Positions 49,144 to 61,275 of a stretch of 64,000 bases of DNA are shown piece by piece. Position 1 is the stretch's first letter. The number at the start of each line of letters is the position of its first letter. The notes beneath the pieces are model-generated. The model saw nothing but the letters and a program-made list of their open reading frames with translations, had not been told where the DNA came from and did no database searches. A program made the position numbers and the translations under genes. The DNA is from Candidatus Dojkabacteria bacterium (GTDB lineage: Bacteria; Patescibacteriota; Dojkabacteria; JAOAGR01): contig AP026679.1 of the NCBI GenBank assembly GCA_025999155.1, positions 163,996-227,995 on the forward strand, read 5' to 3'.

Positions 49144-50256
49144 ATGTTGAAGTTGTACACCATCTGTGTTTCTATAATTGGGTTGATTTTTACTTCAGGA
49201 TTCTCATATTTGGTATACCAGGAAACAAAATACACAAAACCAAACCATATCGCCATAACAGCATTTACAGAGAATATTAAATTCCCACAAACATTCATAA
49301 AAGAAGTAAAACTTAAAGATATTGTTAGTTTAGAAAATGAAAATGTGAAATACCATGGTTGGATTCCTACTTGGGCACTTGAAGCTGGGCTTAAATCTTT
49401 AGAAGAAAATAAAAGTAAGTTTGCAACAGTCAGTCCGGTTTTATATATTATCCAAGAAGACGGAAGTATCGATGCAAACACATCATCCATTAATAAAATA
49501 AAAAACACTATTAAGAATACAGATATCAAATTAATACCCACTATATCGTCTTTTGACCCTGATGGACTACGAATTAATTTATCGAATATGGAATTTTACA
49601 ATAATTTTGTATTAGAACAAGTAGATACATTTGGCTTTGATGGTATAGATCTAAATTACGAATTAATCTATCAAGCAGATAAAGAGAATTTTTTTGAGCA
49701 TATTAAAAAACTCTCAGAAGAACTCCGCAATCGTGGTAAGGTTCTGTACGTAACTGTATTATCAAAATGGGGAGATCATATAGAATATGGTTTTGCATCA
49801 GAAACAAGAAATGTACATGACTACAGTCGCATAGCCCAATACGCCCAACAAATACGTATCATGACATACGACTTTACTTCCCAAGGAAGTGGTAAACCTG
49901 GCCCTATCGCTCCTATAGAATGGGTCGAGCAAGTATTAACATATGCTGTCAATCGTGTTAATCCTGAACAAATAGCCTTAGGCATACATCTTTACGGCTA
50001 TTTCTGGAGTCCTGGACAAAATACGATGGCCTTGGATTATAGAGATATATCTCAAGTACGTAATCTATACGCGGATCCTGATTATTTTTTTAGTAGCAAA
50101 CATCAAGAAGCCGCATTACTATACACTGATCTTAATGGCAAAACCTATTTTGGTTATTACTCTGATCCCCATACTATCAAGGCTCGCATAAATTTAGCTG
50201 CGAGATTTGGAGTACAGAATGTAGTGTTCTGGAGACTTGGTGATGATCCTTTATAG
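49144..50256 (+). CDS. Glycoside hydrolase family 18 (YaaH/SleL-like), exported
   Basis: FDGIDLNYE (DxxDxDxE variant), IMTYD, PGPIAPIEW, LGIHLYGY, FWRLG. Confidence 0.85.
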   Translation: MLKLYTICVSIIGLIFTSGFSYLVYQETKYTKPNHIAITAFTENIKFPQTFIKEVKLKDIVSLENENVKYHGWIPTWALEAGLKSLEENKSKFATVSPVLYIIQEDGSIDANTSSINKIKNTIKNTDIKLIPTISSFDPDGLRINLSNMEFYNNFVLEQVDTFGFDGIDLNYELIYQADKENFFEHIKKLSEELRNRGKVLYVTVLSKWGDHIEYGFASETRNVHDYSRIAQYAQQIRIMTYDFTSQGSGKPGPIAPIEWVEQVLTYAVNRVNPEQIALGIHLYGYFWSPGQNTMALDYRDISQVRNLYADPDYFFSSKHQEAALLYTDLNGKTYFGYYSDPHTIKARINLAARFGVQNVVFWRLGDDPL

Positions 50257-50328
50257 ATCCACTTTTAATAGTTATATCACCTACATACAAGCATTTTAAT
50301 ATCCCATAACTCTATGATATAATATAAT

Positions 50329-50850
50329 ATGAAATTCTTCACGGCATTAGCTGTATATTTTTTATGTATAAATATTTACTTCTGGTCGTTAGTATTTTTA
50401 TTTGGAGTCCCAAGAATATATAGTACAGAACTAATATTAAATAATTCTGCCGAATACGCTTTGAGTTTAGGCGTAAATAGGGAAGAAGCAGCTCAAGCAT
50501 ACATAAAAGGAGAGAAATACATCTTCTCACAAGATATCAAAACAAAACATCAAAGTATTATGCTGCTAACAGTAATCTCATCATTTATATCGATTATATC
50601 CATAATTATAATGTTTTATAAAAAAAGTTACCTTACTTTTCCAATGATCACTGCTATTGTCTCAGCAGTATGCATGTATACAATTTTATGGCTGTTTCCT
50701 AATACACTTCCACAATCTATATATCTTGATATTGCGGATATTGTAAATAACAATCCAGGTATCCTCGCATTACGTCACATCGGAGTTTATATAGTCTTAT
50801 TAGTGATAATCATAATCTTTACAAATTGGTACAGATTACACGAAAGATAA
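50329..50850 (+). CDS. Hypothetical 4-TM membrane protein
   Basis: Four hydrophobic segments; promoter-like TGaTATAAT just upstream. Confidence 0.6.
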   Translation: MKFFTALAVYFLCINIYFWSLVFLFGVPRIYSTELILNNSAEYALSLGVNREEAAQAYIKGEKYIFSQDIKTKHQSIMLLTVISSFISIISIIIMFYKKSYLTFPMITAIVSAVCMYTILWLFPNTLPQSIYLDIADIVNNNPGILALRHIGVYIVLLVIIIIFTNWYRLHER

Positions 50851-50892
50851 TCAGTTCATAAAATCTTGCTCAATATTGTAACAGATTCTTTA

Positions 50893-53800
50893 CTAGCTTT
50901 TCTTACGCCCAAACATACTTTGAATCTTAATAGATCCTTGATCATCAAGTGAGATAGTAATTATCATATCTATACCGGACTCGCGAGTATATGGATTTCG
51001 TATCACAAGATCTCCGTCGTTGATACCCTGACTATTTGCAGGATTCGTCCAAATAGACACAAATTTTGTTCTATCTATCCCGTCTCCGTAAGTCTTTAAT
51101 TTATTGTAAGATTGGTAGGTATTCTCACCTGTATGTGTCCAATGGGCGATGTGACCATAGTACCCAGTACCATCTCCAACTGATGAACTTGGCACAGACA
51201 TACCTTGAATTGTATTCCTATCAGTAAATCGATAGACCCCAAGTTTTGTGCCATCACTACCTCTGACTTCTTCCGCTGCCATACGGATACCGGTAGCAAG
51301 ATCACACCAGCCGCCACCTATTACAGTCGATCCATCACGTTTGAATTTCTGGCCTTTATTCCATGGTACTTGAATATTTTGCAACTGTGCCCATAACTTG
51401 TTTACATCATTTGCCGTAGGGTTACCTATTGTATCATTAAACGAAAATTCACCACCAGGAGGAATTACATGTACTCCCTCTAACTTACCATTATTCATCA
51501 TTCTCAGTGCCATATACACGTTGCCAGCAGCTTCACCAGAACCCCATTTAGATAATCCTAGACGCACTTCTCCTACCTTATCAGTAAAACTCATGTCGTA
51601 TTGATCCAACACTGCGGCAATGTTTTTATTGAGAGATTGCTTATCGGTATCAGCAATCAATGAATTAGGATAGCACCGGTTATTGTCCGCCCTCAGCCTT
51701 GGGTCAATTCTCAAGAGAGTCCTCTGAATATTTGGTCTCGTCACCGTGGCCGGTCCCCATACCTCCGGTAGGTAGGATTCTCCACTTGGTGTTGCCGGTC
51801 TTCGTGTGCCTACGGCAGGTAAGATACCAGCACAGTACCTATCTTGTCCATCCCTCCTCACCAGACCTCGGTTACACTGATTATCATTATTGATACGTCT
51901 ATCAATAGGAGTATATTTCTGCATCACATACGAGAATATAGTTCCAGCTTTACACGTACCACCACCTCGCATTGTATTAGTTAAAAAGGGCTTACCAACA
52001 CGATCACTTGGCCCGCGTAATATTCTTTTCTCAGGAGACAGCCGTTTTGCCTCGTTATACAAACGAGTAAGGGAATTGACCGCACATTTTACTTGATTCT
52101 CAAATGTATACCAGTTTATACAATAGTCTGTATTAGCACCCGTCGTTTTGCAATAGCTGGATTCGTTTAAAAAACAACCGAAAGCTGGATTTCTCGGTGA
52201 TTCTACGATCGATGCCGACGACTCTGCAACCCAGATAGCTGCCACAAAAGCACAAGAGACTTGTGACATACTAGCTATTGCACACATTTTGTCTATGTAA
52301 GACCTTTTATTGTTACCATCACGTATAAACTCAGCAATCTTGTTTTTCAAATCTTTATTGTTTGTATCTGTTGTAAATTCACTACCACCAACAAACTGTA
52401 CTTCATCTGGAATACACCATGTCTCCTCACAGTATTCTCCGCTGTTATTACTAGAGAATACCCCAGAATTTACAGGCGAAGAAGCGCCCGGACTATTTGA
52501 GCCTGACGAACTACTGGATGCTCCAGGAGAACTTGACGAAATATTGCGATCCTGCAGTTCAAGCACGTTCATAGAGATTGGTTCAAGGCCATAAATCTGA
52601 TAAAACAAATCTACACTGGATGTGCGCTGTGAATATTCTCTTAGACATTCTATTTTCTCAAGCTTTTTTGTGCGATTGAAACCTCGGAAAGTCGTAGAAA
52701 TATTTGATCCGAGCGAATTGAAAAGAAGTTTTTCTTTATATCCCCCAACAGTCGGCTCCACATCGACACCAATTTGTAATCCCCCATTAGAGGCATTGAA
52801 ATATCTTATTGGCTGTGCATCTGTATCCCCAGGGATATATACATTAGAGACTTCCGTACTATCCTCCCCCCCAACACGGCTATATACCCCAGTCATCGAA
52901 TATAAATAATCCCAAGACTCCAACAAGGTTTTTCCTAAACCAGAATGCGTATACCTTGCTCGAATATCATTATAAGAAGTAAACTCAAAATCTTGTACAA
53001 TAGGAGGTCCCAATTTATTCAATCTTGGGGCACCACAAACTCCAGATCCATTGTAGTCCGAACAATCTGTCATAAATTGACTCGTATCAAAACGTAATTG
53101 AATAGAAGCAAGACAGTTATTATCACATCGTATTCCACCGATATCAATTCTCGAAAGCTGGTTTGCTATATTTTTATCGAGGATAGACTCGCGCGTGAGT
53201 ACACGAAGATAATCCCCTGATTGTCCTAAAAATATATGAAAATCACCACGATTATCTACCCTAATTGCAGAAATATTCTCGTAGTTACTAGTATCAGGAT
53301 CCGCCGATGGCTTAAAACCAAAGATATAAGGTCTTAGATTCTTAACTGTCCCAGTAGGATCTACCGGAAACATAATACCCTTACCTGGAACCACCGCCGA
53401 CATAAAGATAGTACCAGACGGAGCTTCCACGATTTCTAATTTCGCAATGAAACCTCTACTGGAAAAATAATCACAATAGTTTCTATACGACTCACACAAA
53501 TTACTCGTCAGCCTTGTGCGTCCATCTTCTGGATTACGCGTCACATTTTTAATTTTGCCTAATGAATCTTTTTCTATACCTACACCACTGAAGGGGTTCA
53601 ATAGGTAGGCACCTATATTTTTAAAATTATCCCTTATATAGCTGACTGCAAGTGAACCATTCTGCAACTGAAAACCATCGATTGCGGCATCCTTGCCTCG
53701 GTCATCTAGTAAATAATAAGAATCACTAATAATAGATTTCGATAAGTCATTCTCATCCGTGATGTATATGTAACGATACTGCGGTGTCACAATCTCTCCC

Positions 53801-56070
53801 TGTCCCCCAAACTTATTAAACACTATCGTGACAGCATCTAGACCATCCTGTTTTGCCAGAGCAGATGCATATACTAAGACAAATCTCTCCTCCAGCACAT
53901 TGACACAGTATTTACGTTGTGTTCTATTCTTATCTAACCTATCCTTAAGAAATTGTGATGGTAATTTACACAGGTACCAAATCAAGAAATCTTTACTTTT
54001 ATTTTGCGTGAGAATCAATACATATTTTGGCCTTCTCGAATCTGCATCGTTTAGTACATGCAACCTAAAGTTACGATACTCATATAAATATCTATCCCTT
54101 AGCTCTTCTTGCAATATCTTGGTCAGAGGATAGGCTTCATATCCATGCCATATGACTAGTTCCTCTCTCGTACCTGATCTCCCCCCCCTCACATTATCAC
54201 CAGTTATATACACAGGTTCGCCATTTACGGTAGGTATATTAGTTTGTACGAGTTCGCCACCAAAATACGCGATCTCTTTCTTATCACAAGTAAATGACTC
54301 TCTTGGCAAACTGAAAAGATCTCTATCGGAGGGGCGAGAACTAAAATACTTTAGTTGTTGGGTCATAGCCCACGAAAAATTACTTAATACACCTCCAAGA
54401 ATACAGTATTGATTTACAACATCCGCAGATAGGACTCTACCCTGTGAATCTCTAATCGAGGATGAGGCTCCTCCAGCTGTCCCTACATGGTATATGTATG
54501 GTACGCCAGCCTTCAAATTCAATGATATATTCAACTTGGCACACAAATTATTTGATAAATAATTAAGGTAGGGGCCCTTCAAGGTTGGATTGATAGTATT
54601 TAGGTAACTGTTTTGGAAATATGCACCAAGCCCTACGGGAAAAGTGTAATCCATAAGACCAAAATACAGATCATCTTCTTCTACAGTAAACTCATCGCAA
54701 CCAGCACCTGGATCATCCGCTAATTTTAAGGCACACCCTCGTGCAATACCATCATTTACATGCTTGGATATGCCATCGATGCATCGCTTTGTCTTCGAGC
54801 TAAGACCCTCATAATTTTCCCACTTTATATATTGGGGATCAACAGTTTTACCATCCCGTAAATATTTTTTTGCAGGCTTCGGAATGGGATTCGGGTAATC
54901 CCTTAAATACGAGAAAAGACCAGGATGAAAACTAAAAGCATCACATAAAGAGTACTTGACTGAATAGGACGAGGTTTCTTGAATAGTTCTAATTGGCACA
55001 TGGGCTGCTAATTTTTCCTGCTTTGGAACACCAATAGTGCCTGATCCGGTAATGAAATTAAAAATGCCTTCTGTCAATATTTGTGTAAAAGACTTGTTTT
55101 GTTGTTGATCATCTGGCTTATTTGTAAAGGGGTCATAGATCTCACCTGCGCCAAGAGTTTCACTGGGAGTAATATTGAAGATCTTTTCAAGAAAATTTTT
55201 TCTTAACACATTTGGTTGTTTATAAGCGACAACCGTATCAGACCTTAGTACAGGGTTCAGATCATTAGCAAAAAGTCCCTCACTTACATTTACTCCTGTG
55301 GATTCTATGCTAGCTTTGAGCACCAAAATTCTTCCTTCAGATGGGGTAACCTTGACGATCTGCTGCAACTCATCGCCTCCCCACATTCGGACTACGCCAA
55401 CAGCACTTCTCGATTGATCCACTGCGCCACTATCAACGAGAACTTTTCCTAACTGGTAATCTATATTAACGAGCAAATCTAATAATTTTGTAAAAATATT
55501 ACCTTGATCCTCAGTCTTGGTCTCATCTTTCCTATACTTTATTTCTCGTTCTCCTAGCCTAATACTAGTAGAGATAGTATCGGTATACAGCGCATACATT
55601 GTGACATTAAAAAAGCAATTTTCCTGATTTAACTTGTTATCTAAGGGCGAACCCCTTTCGACGCATTGAAATCCGAGCGGAGCGCTGGTTCTTTGTATCG
55701 CGGGAAATACAATCTCACCAGGCATTAGGAGTATCGAAGCATCAGGGTTAAAAGAAAACTCCACGGGAATAGGTATAGCGCTATATGGCCCCTTTCCGGG
55801 AGTAAATAGTTCCGCACGAGACCTATCGATACCATCAGTAAAACCATCACTTAAGAAATGAACAGTAAATGACGGGATATCAAATGTTACTTTAGCCTCC
55901 CTATTAATTACACGAAACTGACTGCCAGATGAATTAGTAGCAGAGTCGGGTGTATTCTGCGAATAAACACTTATATCACCTTTTTTGGAATACAACATAA
56001 AGGCTACCAACACTATAAAGATTACCAGCAAAAGATTATTCAACCGATAAAAGAAACCAGGACCCTCCAT
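50893..56070 (-). CDS. Giant membrane-anchored/exported protein with lysozyme-like and VanW-like C-terminal domains
   Basis: N-terminal TM; Ser-rich linker; CAFVAAIWVAESS...AFGC...QKYTP; IPPGGEFSFNDTIG, GGGWCDLATGI, DLVIRNPY; SD GAGGT upstream. Confidence 0.7.
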   Translation of the reverse strand: MEGPGFFYRLNNLLLVIFIVLVAFMLYSKKGDISVYSQNTPDSATNSSGSQFRVINREAKVTFDIPSFTVHFLSDGFTDGIDRSRAELFTPGKGPYSAIPIPVEFSFNPDASILLMPGEIVFPAIQRTSAPLGFQCVERGSPLDNKLNQENCFFNVTMYALYTDTISTSIRLGEREIKYRKDETKTEDQGNIFTKLLDLLVNIDYQLGKVLVDSGAVDQSRSAVGVVRMWGGDELQQIVKVTPSEGRILVLKASIESTGVNVSEGLFANDLNPVLRSDTVVAYKQPNVLRKNFLEKIFNITPSETLGAGEIYDPFTNKPDDQQQNKSFTQILTEGIFNFITGSGTIGVPKQEKLAAHVPIRTIQETSSYSVKYSLCDAFSFHPGLFSYLRDYPNPIPKPAKKYLRDGKTVDPQYIKWENYEGLSSKTKRCIDGISKHVNDGIARGCALKLADDPGAGCDEFTVEEDDLYFGLMDYTFPVGLGAYFQNSYLNTINPTLKGPYLNYLSNNLCAKLNISLNLKAGVPYIYHVGTAGGASSSIRDSQGRVLSADVVNQYCILGGVLSNFSWAMTQQLKYFSSRPSDRDLFSLPRESFTCDKKEIAYFGGELVQTNIPTVNGEPVYITGDNVRGGRSGTREELVIWHGYEAYPLTKILQEELRDRYLYEYRNFRLHVLNDADSRRPKYVLILTQNKSKDFLIWYLCKLPSQFLKDRLDKNRTQRKYCVNVLEERFVLVYASALAKQDGLDAVTIVFNKFGGQGEIVTPQYRYIYITDENDLSKSIISDSYYLLDDRGKDAAIDGFQLQNGSLAVSYIRDNFKNIGAYLLNPFSGVGIEKDSLGKIKNVTRNPEDGRTRLTSNLCESYRNYCDYFSSRGFIAKLEIVEAPSGTIFMSAVVPGKGIMFPVDPTGTVKNLRPYIFGFKPSADPDTSNYENISAIRVDNRGDFHIFLGQSGDYLRVLTRESILDKNIANQLSRIDIGGIRCDNNCLASIQLRFDTSQFMTDCSDYNGSGVCGAPRLNKLGPPIVQDFEFTSYNDIRARYTHSGLGKTLLESWDYLYSMTGVYSRVGGEDSTEVSNVYIPGDTDAQPIRYFNASNGGLQIGVDVEPTVGGYKEKLLFNSLGSNISTTFRGFNRTKKLEKIECLREYSQRTSSVDLFYQIYGLEPISMNVLELQDRNISSSSPGASSSSSGSNSPGASSPVNSGVFSSNNSGEYCEETWCIPDEVQFVGGSEFTTDTNNKDLKNKIAEFIRDGNNKRSYIDKMCAIASMSQVSCAFVAAIWVAESSASIVESPRNPAFGCFLNESSYCKTTGANTDYCINWYTFENQVKCAVNSLTRLYNEAKRLSPEKRILRGPSDRVGKPFLTNTMRGGGTCKAGTIFSYVMQKYTPIDRRINNDNQCNRGLVRRDGQDRYCAGILPAVGTRRPATPSGESYLPEVWGPATVTRPNIQRTLLRIDPRLRADNNRCYPNSLIADTDKQSLNKNIAAVLDQYDMSFTDKVGEVRLGLSKWGSGEAAGNVYMALRMMNNGKLEGVHVIPPGGEFSFNDTIGNPTANDVNKLWAQLQNIQVPWNKGQKFKRDGSTVIGGGWCDLATGIRMAAEEVRGSDGTKLGVYRFTDRNTIQGMSVPSSSVGDGTGYYGHIAHWTHTGENTYQSYNKLKTYGDGIDRTKFVSIWTNPANSQGINDGDLVIRNPYTRESGIDMIITISLDDQGSIKIQSMFGRKKS

Positions 56071-56239
56071 TGTTACACCTCGATTATAAGGTCTAAAGTA
56101 AATTTATCCAAGACCGAATGTCATTTCAATATAAAATCAGGATGACATTAAACAAAAATAAATGTTTTGACATAAACTCACAACGAAATCGTGTTATGAT
56201 ATTTGTAATCATACATAATAACAAATAAGTCCCGCAAAC

Positions 56240-56464
56240 TTATTTAAACAATTTTGATATAACAATTAAAATAACAGATAACACTATACTAATCAATAAA
56301 GAAGTAGTAAGCGGTATATACAAAGTAAAATAATCGTTTCTAATAAGTATATCTCCCGGTAAAGCTCCTATTTTGATAGGCAACCTATCTACATAAAGAA
56401 ATATAAAACCCAAGATCACAATGATTAAACCGACAAAGACAAATATTTTTCCAATATTTTCCAT
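56240..56464 (-). CDS. DUF2905-type small membrane protein
   Basis: GKIFVFVG...IGALPGDI...YIPLTTSLLISIVLS. Confidence 0.8.
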   Translation of the reverse strand: MENIGKIFVFVGLIIVILGFIFLYVDRLPIKIGALPGDILIRNDYFTLYIPLTTSLLISIVLSVILIVISKLFK

Positions 56465-56630
56465 ACAATCGAATTCACTCCTGAATGACTAACATGGAAG
56501 ATTGTCTTCATACATTACAAAAATAATAGGATATGGACAAGTCCCTCGTACGGATAGCAAATAGAGAAGAGATGACTAAAAAACAAAAACAAATTGTTCT
56601 AAGTAAAATCATTTATACATGCATACTTCA

Positions 56631-58577
<1,947 letters not shown>

Positions 58578-58679
58578 TTACAGCTTTTTGAGAATATATG
58601 CACATCAGAGAGCAAAGACAATTAGGATTGAGTCAGAAATTCTATGACGAGATGGATCACAGATTATCAACACGGGCCG

Positions 58680-59564
58680 TTAATCTTGTCCAAATTCTTT
58701 TATCAAATTAGAATTAATCTCAGGGGAATCGACTGTCATGAAAGTGAGCAACTCTGGTTCATCTGTCCGCAGCGTTTTCACATCGGACCGACTTTCCTGT
58801 GGTTTTACAAACAATACAAATGACTCTAAGTTCAAATCAACATCTACCTGTGTATTACCACTATAGTCTGGACTTTCTCTATATGAAGCACTAACAACAT
58901 TCACTAAAGGCTCGAATTTTTGCAGTGCATCGACAAACTCTATAAAATTAGTTTTTGTACCTTTTATCCTAATACTCACAATCAATACTCTTGCTTCTAC
59001 ATTTTTATTTTGTAAGAAAGTAGGAGAAAACTTGATTTCTCCAGAATTTAAGGAATCAATAAACTCCTCATAATTAACATCGGCTCCTAGACTGCCAAGT
59101 CTGTTTATAGTTTCTCGCTCATCCTGAATATTGAAACTCACTTGTTGCTCTAGAGAATAACCTTTGGCTGCTTGGTCAATTTTATCTATTAGAGAAGCTA
59201 AGCGACTATCGCTAGGTATAATTTTTAGAAGACGATTCTCATATTTTTGTATATCCTGCTCCCGACGCGCCAATTCTTGAAGATTTGCACTGGTTTGTTT
59301 GAGATTATTATAATTAGTATCTAGTATTGCTATTCGATCTCGATAATCAAAATACTTAATTACAGTAGGGTAAACAAATACTATTACTACTACGAAAACA
59401 TAAGTTACAACTAAGAGTGGGTAACCAAAAAATATAACCTTATTTTTTTTCAGCCGCTCCTGAATAATCAAAATCTCACTGCCCTGTGACGCTGCACTGT
59501 CATCTTTATAAACATCACTCGACTGTAATACGTTCATACTTTGTGGGTCGTTCTGATCAGACAT
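58680..59564 (-). CDS. Type IV pilus assembly PilO-like protein
   Basis: TM, coiled coil, IIPSDSRLASLI, IKGTKTNFIEFVDALQK; third gene of the pilM operon. Confidence 0.65.
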   Translation of the reverse strand: MSDQNDPQSMNVLQSSDVYKDDSAASQGSEILIIQERLKKNKVIFFGYPLLVVTYVFVVVIVFVYPTVIKYFDYRDRIAILDTNYNNLKQTSANLQELARREQDIQKYENRLLKIIPSDSRLASLIDKIDQAAKGYSLEQQVSFNIQDERETINRLGSLGADVNYEEFIDSLNSGEIKFSPTFLQNKNVEARVLIVSIRIKGTKTNFIEFVDALQKFEPLVNVVSASYRESPDYSGNTQVDVDLNLESFVLFVKPQESRSDVKTLRTDEPELLTFMTVDSPEINSNLIKEFGQD

Positions 59565-60147
59565 CTTTTAAGCTCAGTTCTAACTGAATTTCCGCTGCTG
59601 ATCTATTATCAATAATAGTAAACAGCACAGATTTCACTCTAAAATTTTCAAAAGCAGTACTATTTCTGAGACTATGAAACAAATCAGTCACACCATCATA
59701 AGCATTATCAGGAATGATTAACTCAACTAAGAACGAATCCTTTCCATAATTTAGATCGATTCTTTTAATCTGCATGCCTGACGATAAAGACTGAATATCA
59801 TTTATAACTTGCGCAATATTAACATTTTTATCACGAATATTCTCATATAAAGCATATCTATCGTTTAAAATACTTACTCTCGATTTAAGCGATTCTCCCT
59901 CCGCGGTATAAACATACTTATTAGCATAATTCAAAATTTCCGTCTTTCGTGCTTCCAAGTCTGTATCTAGGTACATGCCCAATAAATAAGCAGATACTCC
60001 CAAAGTTGTAAATAGTATCACAACAAACAGATTCAATAGCTTGTACCAGTTTATTGCCTGCTTTACCTCTTGTCTTACAATAATATCTCTTCTTAGAAGA
60101 TTAAAAGATCTGCTATTTTTTGACAAATTTTCCCTGTTCTGTTCCAT
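59557..60147 (-). CDS. Type IV pilus assembly PilN-like protein
   Basis: N-terminal FNLL (INLL-like PilM-binding motif), TM, coiled coil; directly after pilM. Confidence 0.65.
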   Translation of the reverse strand: MEQNRENLSKNSRSFNLLRRDIIVRQEVKQAINWYKLLNLFVVILFTTLGVSAYLLGMYLDTDLEARKTEILNYANKYVYTAEGESLKSRVSILNDRYALYENIRDKNVNIAQVINDIQSLSSGMQIKRIDLNYGKDSFLVELIIPDNAYDGVTDLFHSLRNSTAFENFRVKSVLFTIIDNRSAAEIQLELSLKDV

Positions 60148-60148
60148 T

Positions 60149-61198
60149 TTATATATCAGTTTTTTTTGCTAGCCCTATAGAGACTGAGTATGTTGAAGCA
60201 TTTCTTCTCAAAAAAGCTAAATCACGTTCCGCAACTCTAATCGTTGCCCAGGGATTAGCAATCTCGATGTCAACATTCAACTTATCATGCATATAAGGTA
60301 CAAGACCAGGCATATTGGCAGCATCCCCGACAATAAAGACTTTATTGGGGGCTATCTGCATAAATTCCCTACGGAAATATTCAATAATCTTGCGAATATC
60401 ACCCATAATCATATCCATCACCGGAACTATAGCATTCGCAAGCTTTCCATTGAAATTACTTGGATCAATCCCATATGTTTTTTTGTACTCCTCCGCTTTG
60501 ACAAAATCCATAGAGAAAGTCTGCGCAATAGCTTTGGTCACACTATCTGATCCATAAGGGATAGAATCCGAATATATTAGCTTGCCATTTAATCCAACAC
60601 TTACATCAGTACTCCCAGAACCAAAGTCTACTATCATATAACTATACGGAGAGTCAGCAAAAGAACCAGTAAGAGAACGGACTGTAGCAATAGCTTCGGT
60701 TTCTGCAGCTATAGGTTCAAACCCAGCAAGTTCTAATACTTTCAAATACTTGTCCAAAACGGACACTTTGACAGCTATACCTAACACATCTGCTACTTTC
60801 ACAGGATCTTCATACCTTACTCCAATAACACTTTTGTCGACTCGTATATCGTCGAGTTGGGAGTTGAGCCATTTTTTCATTTCAAACAACACAGCGGTAT
60901 CTAGACTATGCTCGTCTACATAAGGTATACGTACAAGCAAGCGTCTATAAACATGACTCTCGGGCACAGCAAAAACGACACGATTAATACCATTCAAGCT
61001 AGACGATTGAATGATCTCTTTAATTGATTTTGCGAGTAAATGTAAAGCTTCTTCGTTATCTGAATTAAACAGACCAACGGGTGTCGATCCGTACGCATAC
61101 CCAACAAGTCTAGGGCTATTTGTATCCGTGTCTGCTAGACTTATTGCTTTGATTGAGTGATTTCCTATATCTATCCCAAAAAATCTTGGCAGTCCCAT
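60149..61198 (-). CDS. pilM: Type IV pilus assembly protein PilM
   Basis: FGIDIGNHSIKA, VDFGSGSTDV, AEEYK, GDAANMPGL, IANPW, SIGLA; ATG 61198 preferred. Confidence 0.88.
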   Translation of the reverse strand: MGLPRFFGIDIGNHSIKAISLADTDTNSPRLVGYAYGSTPVGLFNSDNEEALHLLAKSIKEIIQSSSLNGINRVVFAVPESHVYRRLLVRIPYVDEHSLDTAVLFEMKKWLNSQLDDIRVDKSVIGVRYEDPVKVADVLGIAVKVSVLDKYLKVLELAGFEPIAAETEAIATVRSLTGSFADSPYSYMIVDFGSGSTDVSVGLNGKLIYSDSIPYGSDSVTKAIAQTFSMDFVKAEEYKKTYGIDPSNFNGKLANAIVPVMDMIMGDIRKIIEYFRREFMQIAPNKVFIVGDAANMPGLVPYMHDKLNVDIEIANPWATIRVAERDLAFLRRNASTYSVSIGLAKKTDI

Positions 61199-61275
61199 GG
61201 TCGCACACTCCAGAATAGAAAAATATAATATCCAAGTCAATATCAATCAATACACACTACTTATCCATCCCAGAC

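Noticed and set aside
51096-54412. Many 60-100 aa ORFs overlapping the 1725-aa gene (and similar ones inside other long genes)
   Set aside because: Antisense or off-frame shadows without motifs
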